A stretch of 64,000 nucleotides of DNA from an uncultured Verrucomicrobiae bacterium (lineage in GTDB: Bacteria; Verrucomicrobiota; Verrucomicrobiia; Limisphaerales; Palsa-1400): contig CAVPOM010000009.1 in the NCBI GenBank assembly GCA_963707025.1, positions 288,001 to 352,000 of the forward strand, in the 5' to 3' direction. The position numbers were made by a program, and so were the translations under genes. Every line of letters begins with the position of its first letter. The first letter of the stretch is position 1. Positions 28,559-39,400 of this stretch are shown here, in pieces. Under the pieces are notes generated by a model. The model did no database searches. It saw only the letters and a program-made list of their open reading frames with translations, and was not told the DNA's origin.

Positions 28559-29645
28559 CTAAAGGGCCAGGGCGGCCAGCCGTTGTTCCAGGTCATGGGC
28601 CATCAGCGGCTCGATCAGCGGGTCGAGGTCGCCTTCAATAAAAACCGATAAATTGTAGAGCGTCAGTTCGATGCGATGGTCGGTGACGCGGTTTTGCGGA
28701 AAATTGTAGGTGCGGATGCGCTCGTTGCGCTCGCCGGTGCCGACCTGGTCTTTGCGGTGGGCGGCGTATTTGGCGTTTTCCTCGGCCACTTTGCGCTCCA
28801 GCAGGCGCGAGCGCAGGACGGTCAGGGCCGTGGCCTTGTTCTTTTGCTGCGAGCGTTCGTCGGCGCAGCGCACGATCAGGCCGGTCGGCTTGTGGATGAT
28901 TTGCACCGCCGAATCGGTAGTATTGACGCCCTGGCCGCCCTTGCCGGAGGCGCGGCAGACGTTGATTTCCAAGTCCTCAGGCTTGATTTCCAGGTCCACC
29001 TCCTGCGCCTCCGGCAGCACGGCCACGGTGCCGTGCTGGTGTGGATGCGCCCCTGCGCCTCGGTCGCCGGCACGCGCTGGACGCGATGCACGCCGCTCTC
29101 GTATTTGAGCCGCTTGAAAACATCCTGTGCCGGTGATCTGGAAAATGATTTCCTTGAAGCCGCCGAGGTCGGACGGGCTGGAATCCAGTGTTCTCCACCT
29201 TCCAGCCGCGCGCTTCCGCATAGCGCGTGATACATGCGGTAGAGATCGGCCGCGAACAGGGCCGATTCCGATCCGCCCGCCCCGGCGCGGATTTCGATGA
29301 TGGTGTTGCGCGAATCCGCCGGGTCCGGCGGCGCCAGGCCCTGCATGGATTTTCCGCGCCAGGACTTTTTCCTCGGCCTCGAGCTGGGCGATTTCTTCCT
29401 TGGCCATCTGCGCCAGCTCGGACTTCGCCCGGCTCGGTTTGGAGCATGGCGCGCGTTCTCCGCCAAGTCGGCCAGCGTCTTGAGATAGCGCTGGCCGCCG
29501 CCGGTCAAATCCTTGAGCCGGGCGTATTCGCGGGCCAATTCCTGCGCGCGTTGCTGGATTGTCGAACAGCCTTGGGGTCGCTCAACGCGGTCTCCACCTC
29601 GGCCAAGCGGCGGGCGAATTTTTCGATGTGAGGGCGCAAATCCAT
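28559..29645 (-). CDS. prfA: Peptide chain release factor 1 (multiple indels, probably sequencing errors)
   Basis: [35 protein letters not shown] (PxT), [30 protein letters not shown] spread over three frames. Confidence 0.93.
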
Positions 29646-29763
29646 GGGCAAAAAAGATGGGGTTTCGCGTGAAGCCAGAGGGGCGCGGCCCGCAAAAGCA
29701 GCCGCCCGCAAAAGTTGCGGCTCCTGCGGGCGGTCGGGCGGAAAGGGGCTACTTTCTCTTTCG

Positions 29764-29996
29764 TTATTTGGCGGCGTGGGCGGCCTGGGCGGCCTGGGTC
29801 TTGGCCATGCGCTGCTGGAATTTGTCCACGCGGCCGGCGGTATCCACGAACTTCTGCTGGCCGGTGTAGAAGGGATGGCAGAGCGTTGCAGATGCCGACG
29901 ATAATCGTGCGGCTTGGTGGAACGCGTCTTGATCACGTTGCCGCACGCGCAACGGATTTCCGCTTCCACATATTTCGGATGAATCTCGGTCTTCAT
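29764..29996 (-). CDS. rpmE: 50S ribosomal protein L31, Zn-binding type (indels)
   Basis: [17 protein letters not shown] / [21 protein letters not shown]; upstream of prfA as usual. Confidence 0.92.
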
Positions 29997-30126
29997 AAAT
30001 CAAGGCCCGACAAAATACCCGCCCCGGCCCGGTCTTCAAGCCCTATTTTCATCAATTTTTGCGCGCTCCTCCGCCCGCCGGCGGAAAAAATGTCTGCTTT
30101 TGCTTTCCGCGCACATAGATAGTCAA

Positions 30127-31665
30127 ATGGCGGAGATGGATGACTTTGATTTGCTGGCGGCATACAGCGGCAGCGGTTCGGAAGCCGAAGCCGCCTTCAC
30201 CACGCTGACCGAACGCTGCGTCCGGCTGGTCTATTCCGCCGCCTTGCGCCAGGTCCGTGATCCGCACCTGGCGGAGGAAGCCACGCAGGTGGTGTTTGTG
30301 CTGCTGGCCAGAAAGGCGCATTCCTTTGGCAAGGGCGTCATCCTGTCCGCCTGGCTGCTGCGCGCCACCCGCTTCACTTCCACCAACCTGCTGGTCAGCC
30401 AATACCGCCGCATCCGGCGCGAACACCAAGCCTTGCAAATGCAAACCACATCCACCGGCGATTCTTCCTGGGAACAAATCGCCCCGCTCCTGGACGAAGC
30501 CATGTCCCGTCTGGGCGAAAAAGACCGTAACGCGCTGGCGCTGCGTTTCTTCGAGCAAAAATCGCTCGAAGAAGTCGGAGTGGCGCTGGGCATCGGCACC
30601 GTCACGGCGCAAAAGCGCGTCTGGCGGGCGGTGGACAAGCTGCGTCAATACTTTGCAAATCACGGCGCGGCTTTTTCCGCCGCCACAATCACCACGGCGC
30701 TTTCCGCCCACGCCATTCACGGCGCGCCCTCCGGTCTGGCCGCCGCCGTGGCGGCCAGCGCCGCGCTCAAAGGCACCGCCGCCACCTCATCCACCGCAAC
30801 CCTGCTCAAAGGAACTTTAAAACTTATGGCCTGGACCAAATTAAAAATCGCCGCCGTCGCCGTGGGAGTTCTCCTCGCCGGCGGAACCACCACGATCATG
30901 GTGAAATATCTTTATCCGTTCGAACCAGAATATCAGGGCAAAACTCTAACTTATTGGTTGGCAAGTCTCGGGAACAACCAGTTGCAATTTCTCAACTTGA
31001 GGCCGCAGCCCGACCAGCCCGCCGCCGAGGCTTTTCAATCCATGGGCGTCAAAGCTGTGCCTTTCCTTCGTCGGGAATTGCGTTCCCTGAATTTATCTCG
31101 CCGGAAGCACGCTGCCGATGCGGCCCACGCCATCGGGCCAGCCGCAAAAGAGTTGGAGCCGGATTTGCTTGCGTCGGCCATTACAACCGCCAATTCAAGC
31201 CACGATCCCTACTCTGAAATCTGGTCCCTGGCCGCAATGGGACCGGAAAGCATCGGCCTACTGACCAATATGTTTACCAACCAAAATAGATGGGCGCGCA
31301 TGAGAACAGCCACCGCATTTCAAATGGCAGATTATGATGCTGAACCGGCTGTTCAGGCCCTCCTGCAGGCACTTGAGGATGCAGATCCTGGCGTCCGGTG
31401 TGAAGCGGGCCAGGCCTTGGGGCATGTTCATAAACAATTGGACGTGGTTCTTCCCGCGTTGCTCAAGAACCTTAAGGATCCAGACGCCGACGTGCGGCGG
31501 GCTACTGCGGATACCCTGGGAATGCTAGGGGCGGATGCAAAATCGGCGTTCCCGTTCCTTTTGGATGCCTCTCGCAATGATCCCGACCCAGCCTTCGGCC
31601 CCTGGTGCGCCGGCACCCTTAAAAGAATTGACCCCGAAGCCGCCGCCAAGGCCGGGGTGAAATAG
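30127..31665 (+). CDS. ECF sigma factor fused via a TM helix to a HEAT-repeat domain
   Basis: LVYSAALRQV, AEEATQVVFVLLARKA, LRFFEQKSLEEVG, KGTLKLMAWTKLK, TM, then LEDADPGVRCEAGQALG / LKDPDADVRRATADTLG. Confidence 0.88.
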   Translation: MAEMDDFDLLAAYSGSGSEAEAAFTTLTERCVRLVYSAALRQVRDPHLAEEATQVVFVLLARKAHSFGKGVILSAWLLRATRFTSTNLLVSQYRRIRREHQALQMQTTSTGDSSWEQIAPLLDEAMSRLGEKDRNALALRFFEQKSLEEVGVALGIGTVTAQKRVWRAVDKLRQYFANHGAAFSAATITTALSAHAIHGAPSGLAAAVAASAALKGTAATSSTATLLKGTLKLMAWTKLKIAAVAVGVLLAGGTTTIMVKYLYPFEPEYQGKTLTYWLASLGNNQLQFLNLRPQPDQPAAEAFQSMGVKAVPFLRRELRSLNLSRRKHAADAAHAIGPAAKELEPDLLASAITTANSSHDPYSEIWSLAAMGPESIGLLTNMFTNQNRWARMRTATAFQMADYDAEPAVQALLQALEDADPGVRCEAGQALGHVHKQLDVVLPALLKNLKDPDADVRRATADTLGMLGADAKSAFPFLLDASRNDPDPAFGPWCAGTLKRIDPEAAAKAGVK

Positions 31666-31729
31666 ACGGCTATGGCCCCCGCCTAAATCCCCTGTCGCCA
31701 AGCGCCGGTTTTTGGATAGACTCGGCGCG

Positions 31730-32488
31730 ATGCAACCAAACTTGGAAGTGCTGTTCACTCCGGCGGAGTTTGACGCGCTGCGAAACCGCGACCTCTCCGA
31801 GACCGTTTGCGTGGTCTTCGATGTCTTGCGCGCCACCACCTCCATGCTGACCGCGCTGCGCCAGGGCGCGACGCAAATTTTTCCTGTCAAGGAGATTGCC
31901 GAGGCGCTGGCCATGCAGCGCAGCCTTGGGCGGAAGGCCCTGCTCGCCGGCGAACGCGGCGGCCTGCGCATCCGCGCGGCCCAATCGGGGGGCGCCGATT
32001 TTGATCTGGGCAATTCCCCGCGCGAATTCACCCCGGAGCGCGTGGCCGGCCGGACGCTCATCATGACCACCACCAATGGCACGCGCGCCTTGCAGGCCTG
32101 CCTGGGCGCCAGGCGCATCCTGGCCGGCGCGTTTTTAAATCTCGGGCCACTGGCGCGCTGGATCAAAAACCAGCCCCCGCCCAGCCTTCTCCTGGTCGGC
32201 GCGGGCACTTTCGAGCAAGCCGCCTACGAAGACACCCTGGCCGCCGGCGCCCTGGCGGAACTGGTCTGGGACCAATTCCGCCGCCCGGGCGATTCGGCCC
32301 ACATCGCCCTGGAGATTTACCGCGCGGGCCGCCGCGATTTGGGCGCCGCCTGCCAGGAACATTCCAGCAACGCCCGCCATCTCCTGGCCCAGCCGGATTT
32401 GCGCGACGATGTTGCTTTTGCCTTGCAACGCGACACCGTGCCTTTCGCCGCCGAATTAAAAAACGGCGCGGTGGTGAAGATGCAATAA
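31730..32488 (+). CDS. comB: 2-phosphosulfolactate phosphatase (ComB family)
   Basis: VVFDVLRATTS, LAGERGG, FDLGNSPRE, MTTTNGT, YEDTLAAG. Confidence 0.88.
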   Translation: MQPNLEVLFTPAEFDALRNRDLSETVCVVFDVLRATTSMLTALRQGATQIFPVKEIAEALAMQRSLGRKALLAGERGGLRIRAAQSGGADFDLGNSPREFTPERVAGRTLIMTTTNGTRALQACLGARRILAGAFLNLGPLARWIKNQPPPSLLLVGAGTFEQAAYEDTLAAGALAELVWDQFRRPGDSAHIALEIYRAGRRDLGAACQEHSSNARHLLAQPDLRDDVAFALQRDTVPFAAELKNGAVVKMQ

Positions 32489-32634
32489 GGCCGGGCGCAT
32501 CTTGACGCAACCACGCTTGGATGGATGGAACCCTGTACCCCAACCTCGCCGCTTCGTGGGATGAGCGAATTTCCCCTTTACACCTTGCGCCACATTGAAT
32601 AGTACGTCTGCGTGCCTTTTTGGCCGTGAAAACT

Positions 32635-33906
32635 ATGACTCAACTCATCGGAAATCTTTTGGTCGCACAATCCGGCGGGCCCACCGCCGTGATCAACGCC
32701 AGCATCGCCGGCGTCGTTCAGGAAGCCCGTCAACATGACACCATCCGCGGCATTTACGGAGGACTCAACGGCATCCTCGGCATACTCAAGGAGGAACTGA
32801 CTGATTTGAGGCGCGAAAAAGCTTCCACCATCAAGGCCCTCAAACACACTCCCGGCGCGGCCCTGGGCACCTGCCGCTATAAAATTGACTTCAAAAAGAG
32901 GCCCGAAAAAGCCGCCCTGGACATGGAGCGCCTTTTCCAGGTCTTCCAGGCGCACGACATCCGGTTCTTTCTTTACGCGGGAGGAAACGATTCGCAGGAC
33001 ACCGCCCACAAAATCCATCTCGAAGCGGTCAAACGCGGCTACGAAATGCGCATCATCGGCGTGCCCAAAACCATAGATAACGATTTGCCCCACACCGACC
33101 ATTGCCCCGGTTTTGGTTCCGTCGCCAAATACAACGCCTGCACCGTCATGGAAGTGGCCATTGACATTGGCAGCATGGCGACCGACGACGGCGCCTGCGG
33201 CGTCATTGAAGTGATGGGCCGCAGCGCCGGCTGGATCGCCGCCAGTGCCATCCTGGCCCGGCGCCAGCCCGGCGACGCTCCGCACCTCATTTTGCTGCCG
33301 GAGGTTCCTTTCCAAGAGCAAGCCTTCCTGGACAAGGTCAAGGCCACGGTGGACGCGTTGCACTACTGTGTGGTGGTGGTGGGCGAAGGATTGAAAAATC
33401 CCGACGGCACGGAGTTCAGCGCCGACGCCTCGCGTTTGGATGCCTTCGGCCACCCGGTCCTGGCCGGCGCGGGCGAGCGCGTGGCCGAAGTGGTGCAACG
33501 CAAGCTCCACACCAAAACCCGCTCTGTCAAACTCGGTTATGCCCAGCGTTGCGCCGCCCATTACGCCAGCGCCACCGATGCCGCCGAGGCCTTGGCTTGC
33601 GGCGTGGCCGCCGTCCGCGCGGCCGTCGAGGGCCAGAGCGGGCAGATGGTCAAAATCGTGCGCACCCAGACCAGTCCTTACATGTGGACCACCGGTCTGC
33701 AACCGCTCGAAGACATTGCCAACGTCGAACATGTCCTGCCGCGCGACTGGATCAGCGAGGACGGATTTTCCCCCAACGAAAAGTTCGTGGCATACGCCCG
33801 TCCCCTCATCGAAGGCGAAGTCAAGGTGCCGGCCGAAGGGGGCCTGCCCAAGTTTGCCGTGCTGGCAAAGCACCGGCTCCCCCGCAAACTCCCTCCGCGG
33901 GCGTAG
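32635..33906 (+). CDS. 6-phosphofructokinase, probably PPi-dependent
   Basis: QSGGPTAVIN, GGNDSQDT, PKTIDNDL, EVMGRSAGW, LGYAQR. Confidence 0.92.
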   Translation: MTQLIGNLLVAQSGGPTAVINASIAGVVQEARQHDTIRGIYGGLNGILGILKEELTDLRREKASTIKALKHTPGAALGTCRYKIDFKKRPEKAALDMERLFQVFQAHDIRFFLYAGGNDSQDTAHKIHLEAVKRGYEMRIIGVPKTIDNDLPHTDHCPGFGSVAKYNACTVMEVAIDIGSMATDDGACGVIEVMGRSAGWIAASAILARRQPGDAPHLILLPEVPFQEQAFLDKVKATVDALHYCVVVVGEGLKNPDGTEFSADASRLDAFGHPVLAGAGERVAEVVQRKLHTKTRSVKLGYAQRCAAHYASATDAAEALACGVAAVRAAVEGQSGQMVKIVRTQTSPYMWTTGLQPLEDIANVEHVLPRDWISEDGFSPNEKFVAYARPLIEGEVKVPAEGGLPKFAVLAKHRLPRKLPPRA

Positions 33907-33922
33907 GGAAACGACCGGCCAC

Positions 33923-33999
33923 GGCAGGGCGAGACTCTGTTCGAGCCCTGACTCGATTTCGGAAAACATAGTTACGGCTCGACGGAGTCTCGCCCGACC
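33923..33999. repeat. REP-like inverted pair
   Basis: GGGCGAGACTCTGTTCGAGCC ... GGCTCGACGGAGTCTCGCCC. Confidence 0.7.
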
Positions 34000-34076
34000 G
34001 ATTTGAAATTAAGTCGCCTTGGACTCGGAAAAGAGGAGTTGGAACGAAGGCTCCGTGGCTGTGGTACTATCGGTGT

Positions 34077-34301
34077 ATGACAGAAATACTCACGATCCGG
34101 CTTGATCGCGCGGAGAAAAGGGCCGTGCAAAAGCTCGCTGGAAAATCAGGGGCCAGCCGGTGGGTCAGAAGGTTGATCCAGGCGCAACTCAACTTGCCTC
34201 CCCCCGGTTTTGTGGCCCGTCACGAGCAATGGCTGGCCACCCAGAACAAGGTCGTGGACGACGAGACGGTCCTTGATTGGTTCCGAAGAAACCGGCGATG
34301 A
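34077..34301 (+). CDS. Ribbon-helix-helix type antitoxin
   Basis: ILTIRLD.AEKRAVQKLA..SRWVRRLI; ATGA-coupled to a PIN-domain start. Confidence 0.65.
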   Translation: MTEILTIRLDRAEKRAVQKLAGKSGASRWVRRLIQAQLNLPPPGFVARHEQWLATQNKVVDDETVLDWFRRNRR

Positions 34302-34336
34302 AACCGTTCGCCGACACCAATTGGCTGGCCTTCTAA
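34298..34336 (+). pseudogene. Truncated PIN/VapC toxin (first 12 codons only)
   Basis: MKPFADTNWLAF* matches the PIN beta1 'hhDTNhh' motif, then sequence switches to AT-rich non-coding DNA. Confidence 0.6.
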
Positions 34337-34642
34337 GTGAGCGCCCAAAAATAACTTCTAGACAGGGGGCGTAATTCAAACAATTTCAAAAAGAAGGCAA
34401 CGTCAGAAAAATGGGGGCAGAAAAATGAAAATTCCCCGCTTCGTTCCAAACGGGGGCGGGGTGTATTATCTTTCTGCCCGGATATTTCTGACATCCTCTT
34501 CGAGAAGAATCGGGAACAGTCTTTGCGCGAACCCTAAGAAGACAGAACCCGCCTCGCTGCGCTGCGTTGACGCTCATTTCACGTTTAACCTTGAATTTCC
34601 CTCCCTCCCGCCGCTTACTGGCGCAAAATTTTTTGCGACCCG

Positions 34643-36443
34643 ATGAACCACGAGCTCCTGGCCAAAGCCAAATCGCTCGGATTTTCCGACCGGCAGATCG
34701 CCCATTTGACCGGCCAGACCGAGGACGCAGTCCGCGCCTTGCGCAAGAAACTCGGCCTGGTGCCCAGCTACCGGCTGGTGGACACCTGCGCCGCCGAGTT
34801 CGAGGCCTACACGCCTTATTATTATTCCACCTACGACCGCGGCGACGACGAGGTCAAACCCAGCGCCGAAACGAAAGGTGATGATCCTCGGCGGCGGCCC
34901 GAACCGCATCGGCCAGGGCATCGAGTTCGATTACTGCTGCGTCCACGCCGCCTTCGCGCTCAAGGAGGACGGCTTCGAAACCATCATGGTCAATTCCAAC
35001 CCGGAAACCGTCTCCACCGATTACGACACCAGCGACAAGCTGTTCTTCGAGCCGCTCACGCTGGAGGACGTGCTGCACATTTACGAGCGCGAAAAATGCT
35101 GGGGCGCCATCGCCCAGTTCGGCGGCCAGACGCCGCTCGAACCTGGCGCTCGGCCTGCAGAAGAAACGGCGTCAACATCATCGGCACCTCGCCGCAAAGC
35201 ATCGAGATCGCCGAGGACCGCAAGCTCTTCGCCGCCATGCTGCGACAAGCTGAACATTCCCCAGCCGCCCAACGGCCTGGCCACCAACGAGGCCGAAGCG
35301 CTCGCAGGCCGCCAAGAAACTGGGCTACCCGGTGCTCGTCCGCCCGTCCTTCGTGCTCGGCGGGCGCGCGATGCAGATCGTTTATTCCGACGCCGAGCTG
35401 CAGCATTACATGCGTTTCGCCGTGGAAGCCTCGCCCGGAACGCCCGGTGCTGGTGGACAAATTCCTGGAAGACGCCACCGAGGTGGACGTGGATTGCATC
35501 GCCGACGTCGGCCATTTCGACGATCCGAACGAGGGCACCATTGTCATCGGCGGCATTCTGGAGCACATCGAATTTGCCGGCGTCCATTCCGGCGACGCCG
35601 CGATGGTCCTGCCGCCGCACACGCTTTCCCAGAAAGTCATCGAGACCATCCGCGAATACACTCACGCCATGGCGCGCGAACTGAAGGTCATCGGCCTGAT
35701 GAACGTGCAATACGCCGTGAAGGGCGACACGGTTTATGTGCTGGAAGTCAACCCGCGCGCCTCGCGCACCGTGCCGTTCGTCAGCAAGGCCATCGGCGTG
35801 CCGCTGGCCAAACTCGCCGCCAAAGTCATGGCCGGCAAAACGCTGAAGGAACTGGGTTTCACCAAGGAAATCTGGCCGAAGTATTGGGCGGTCAAGGAAT
35901 CCGTTTTCCCGTTCAACCGCTTTCACGGCCAGGACATCCTGCTCTCGCCGGAAATGCGCTCCACCGGCGAAGTCATGGGCCTGGACGCCGATCTGGGCAT
36001 CGCCTACGCCAAATCGCAGATGGCCGCCGGCGCCCCGCTGCCGTTGAGCGGACGGGTTTTCATCAGCGTCAGCGACGCGCACAAAGAGCGACGTCGCCGC
36101 CGGTGGCCAGACAATTTGCCGACCTGGGATTTGAACTCGTCGCCACCAGCGGCACGGCGGCGGTTTTGGAAAAGGCCGGCCTGAAGGTGCAGCGCGTCTT
36201 CAAACTGCTCGAAGGCCGGCCCAACGCGATTGACCTGCTGAAGAACCGCGAAATCCAGCTCGTCATCAACACCCCCACCGGCGCAGACCCCGCGCGCGGA
36301 CGAAGTAAAAATCCGCACCACCGCCGTCTATACCGGCACGCCGCATCATGACCACGCTCAGCGGCGCCAAGGCCGCCGCCCTGGGCATCGCCGCGCTGAA
36401 GAAAAACGGCTACAGCGTCAAGACCCTGCAGGAATATCATTGA
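34643..36443 (+). CDS. carB: Carbamoyl-phosphate synthase large subunit, C-terminal half only (indels)
   Basis: Starts at [79 protein letters not shown] domain ending KTLQEYH*. Confidence 0.9.
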
Positions 36444-36495
36444 GCACTGCTTTTCCCCACGGCTTGCAATCCATGACCCTTGTTGGGAGTGATGG

Positions 36496-39400
36496 TTAGT
36501 TTTCCTGCGGCGCCTTCGGCTTCGCCTTGCTCCATTCGTAAAGTTTCACCGCCAGCACCAGGTTGGTGCTCCCGTCGGCGCGGTATTTCTTTTCCGGGCG
36601 CAACTGCCCGTCCCCAAAGCCAAGGGTGTAATTCGCATCGCTCAGGGTGGTGAACTCGAAACGCCCATTGCCATCTGTCCGAGTCTGGAGCTGCGGCAGC
36701 CTGTTGAGGTGGTCGAAATCCGCTGCAAACACCAGGACGTTGGGGAGGGCGTAGCCGGTGCCCGCCTCCACCACGCGCCCCGCCAGCGTCCGCCCGCGTT
36801 TGAGCCGGATTGTCTGCGGCTGGGAACCGAAGTCCGGCTTAATCCTCTCGGCCATCAACCCCGGCGCCTTTACTTGCAGCGCATACTCGCCCACTGCCGG
36901 CGTCATGTCTTCAATGTGAAACCGCCCCTCCTGATCGGTGAAAACGGACTTCAATCCGAAACTGCCAGCCTTGGGCAATTCAAACGAAACTCCCAACTCG
37001 GCATCCGCCAGAGGCTTTCCATCAGGGTCCAGCACCACGCCATCAAAAGTTTTTGCGGGCGGAAATTGCAACTCGAGGTCGGCGTCCGGGTTGGCTTCGG
37101 TAAGTTTGACCGGCACGCTAAGACAGAACGCATTCCCGCGCCAGCCGTGGACCTGATACGTCCCGCCGAGCGGCAGCGGGCCGGAAACCCACTTTCGCGG
37201 CAGGTCCCCGGAAAAGACATCGCTGCCACCGCCCAGCAAAGTGGCTTCACTCACGCCAGGCGCGCGTTGCAATTCGCTCACCCCAAACCCCAAACCGGCC
37301 GCCGGCGTGCCATTGTCATTGCGCGCTTTGGCATAAATCGCCCCGGCCGGAACCAGCGGAATCTCCACCACCTGCGGTCCGGGGCCGTTGGTCACTTCGA
37401 TGGACAACAGACTGCCGTTTTTGCCGAAGCGGTCGAACCAGTAGCCCACCATGCGTTTGGCTTCGATGGAGGTTCCCCCGCCGATCTCGATTTCCGTCCG
37501 CACCTCGCCGTTGGTAATTTCCATCTCCACCGCGCGAGCGGTGTTGTGGCTTCTCTCCAATTTGTCCTGGATCGTCACCGAAACCGTCCCGCGCGGCGGC
37601 ACGCCGGAGGGATGCTTGAATCGGAAAACCACCTCGCGTTTCGGCACATTGTTCTCCTCTTTCTTGCGTGGCCGGGTCAAATCCACCACCCAATCCTCGA
37701 CGGGGGCAGTTACCTCGCGTTGTTCCTCATAACCTCCGCCGCTCAATGTCACCGGCCCCGCGACGGCATTGGTGAATTGAAAGCGCGCCACGCCATCGGT
37801 GACGCGCACCGGCACCCATTCGGATTCTCCCCAACTCCCGTTCTCAATTACTTCGGAATAAGTCCTGTAAAGCGCAGGGTAGCCATCATTCCATTCCAGG
37901 CCGCCGAGGTTGCCGATGACGCGTCCGCGCACGATGAGTTCCGGGCCGAGCTTGACCAGCACGTCCTTCGCGCCGGGTACCGCCTCCAGCAGCACTGATT
38001 CGTGCCCCGGCGCGCTGACCCCGAGCCAGAATTTTGTGTCGCGCCGGAGCTGGTTGACCGTAAAGCGGCCGTCCGCATCCGTCCGCGCCAGCAGACGCAG
38101 CGGATCGGTCCATTGGTAATGCGCCTCCGCCGGGAAGGCCTCGTGGATTACCCGCAAGGTCGCGCCGGGAAGGCCTTCGCCCGTGGCTTCGTCCACAACC
38201 CTGCCGGCAATGATTTTGCCCGGTTGCAATTTCACTTTCAGCGCCTGCCCCGCGCTCAGCCGCTCGAAACGCTGGTCAATAAACTCGTAGCCCGGCGCAT
38301 TCACCGTGACAATCAACGGCTGGTCAAGGCACAGCGGCAGCGTCACACCCCCGGCGGCGTCAGGTCTGACATCGCGCGAACCCTGCAAGTATTGCCCGCC
38401 CGTACGCATGACAAATTGCGTGTGCAAGGCGGCATTGGTCACCGCCGCGCCGGAATCCGCGTCGCTGACTTGGAGGGAAACTTCAAACCCGCGATTCAAA
38501 GACAATTCGCCGGCGTCCACACGATTGGTCGCCCGGCCTTCGAACGGACCGGCCAGCGCGGGCGCATAGCCTTCGGCATCCGCCTCGATGAGGATTTCGC
38601 CGCGCCCGACCCTATGATTGGTCACTCCGCCATCTTCCGCCACCCGGGCGCTGTACATGGCCATGGCCTTGGGATTGAGAGAGAGGATAAGGACATTCTT
38701 AATTCTCGGCAACGGCGAGCCGTCCGCCGTACGCAGATGAACGGAGACAGAAACCCCTTCCTGATCCATCGGTGCGTTGCCTTGCGCCGCCGGTCTTTCG
38801 CCAAATTCGGTCATTTTCTTTTCAATGCGGGCGATGCGTTGCTGGGGCGAAAGTATCGCCGCGACCGCGGCGCGTGTGCCCAGCGCCGAGAGCACGAGCA
38901 GCCCGCCTCCCACGAACAGCGCCGCCAGCAGCGCGCACCAGGTCAGCCGCAGGGCCGGACGATACCCCGGCACCAACAGCCGTTGGATGCGATCCTTCAG
39001 CCCGGAGGGATTGCCCCGGTCGGCCAAGGCCGGCGCCGCGGCCAGCGCTGCCCCGGCCACCTGGGCGAGCGTCCGCGCGTACTGCAATCGTTCTCCCGCC
39101 AGCCCAATGGCCATCGCATCGCAGCACGCCTCGCGTTCCTGCCGGATCTGCCGGCTGATCCACCAGACGGCGGGATTGAAAAACAAGAGCGACTCCGCCA
39201 GAAGCTGGCCCAAATTAACCAGATAATCGCCGCGCTGGATATGCGCCAGTTCGTGCAACAAAATCAGTTGCCACTGGCCCGGCGGCAGCGTCGTGACCAT
39301 GGAAAGCGGCAAAATGAGAACCGGCGCCACCCAACCCATAACCGCCGGCGATGTCAATTGCCCTGTCACCACCACCCGGATGCGACGGGCCAACCCCAGC

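Noticed and set aside
29702..29733. Rho-independent terminator after rpmE
   Set aside because: A 9-bp stem is present but the loop is long and the U-tract is not adjacent; too weak to call.
28559..29996. Programmed frameshifting or pseudogenisation of prfA/rpmE
   Set aside because: Many scattered indels with no slippery-site/SD signal; RF1 is essential and the known programmed shift is in prfB. Sequencing error is more likely.
31730..32488. Coenzyme M biosynthesis
   Set aside because: ComB homologues are widespread in bacteria and no other com genes are present.
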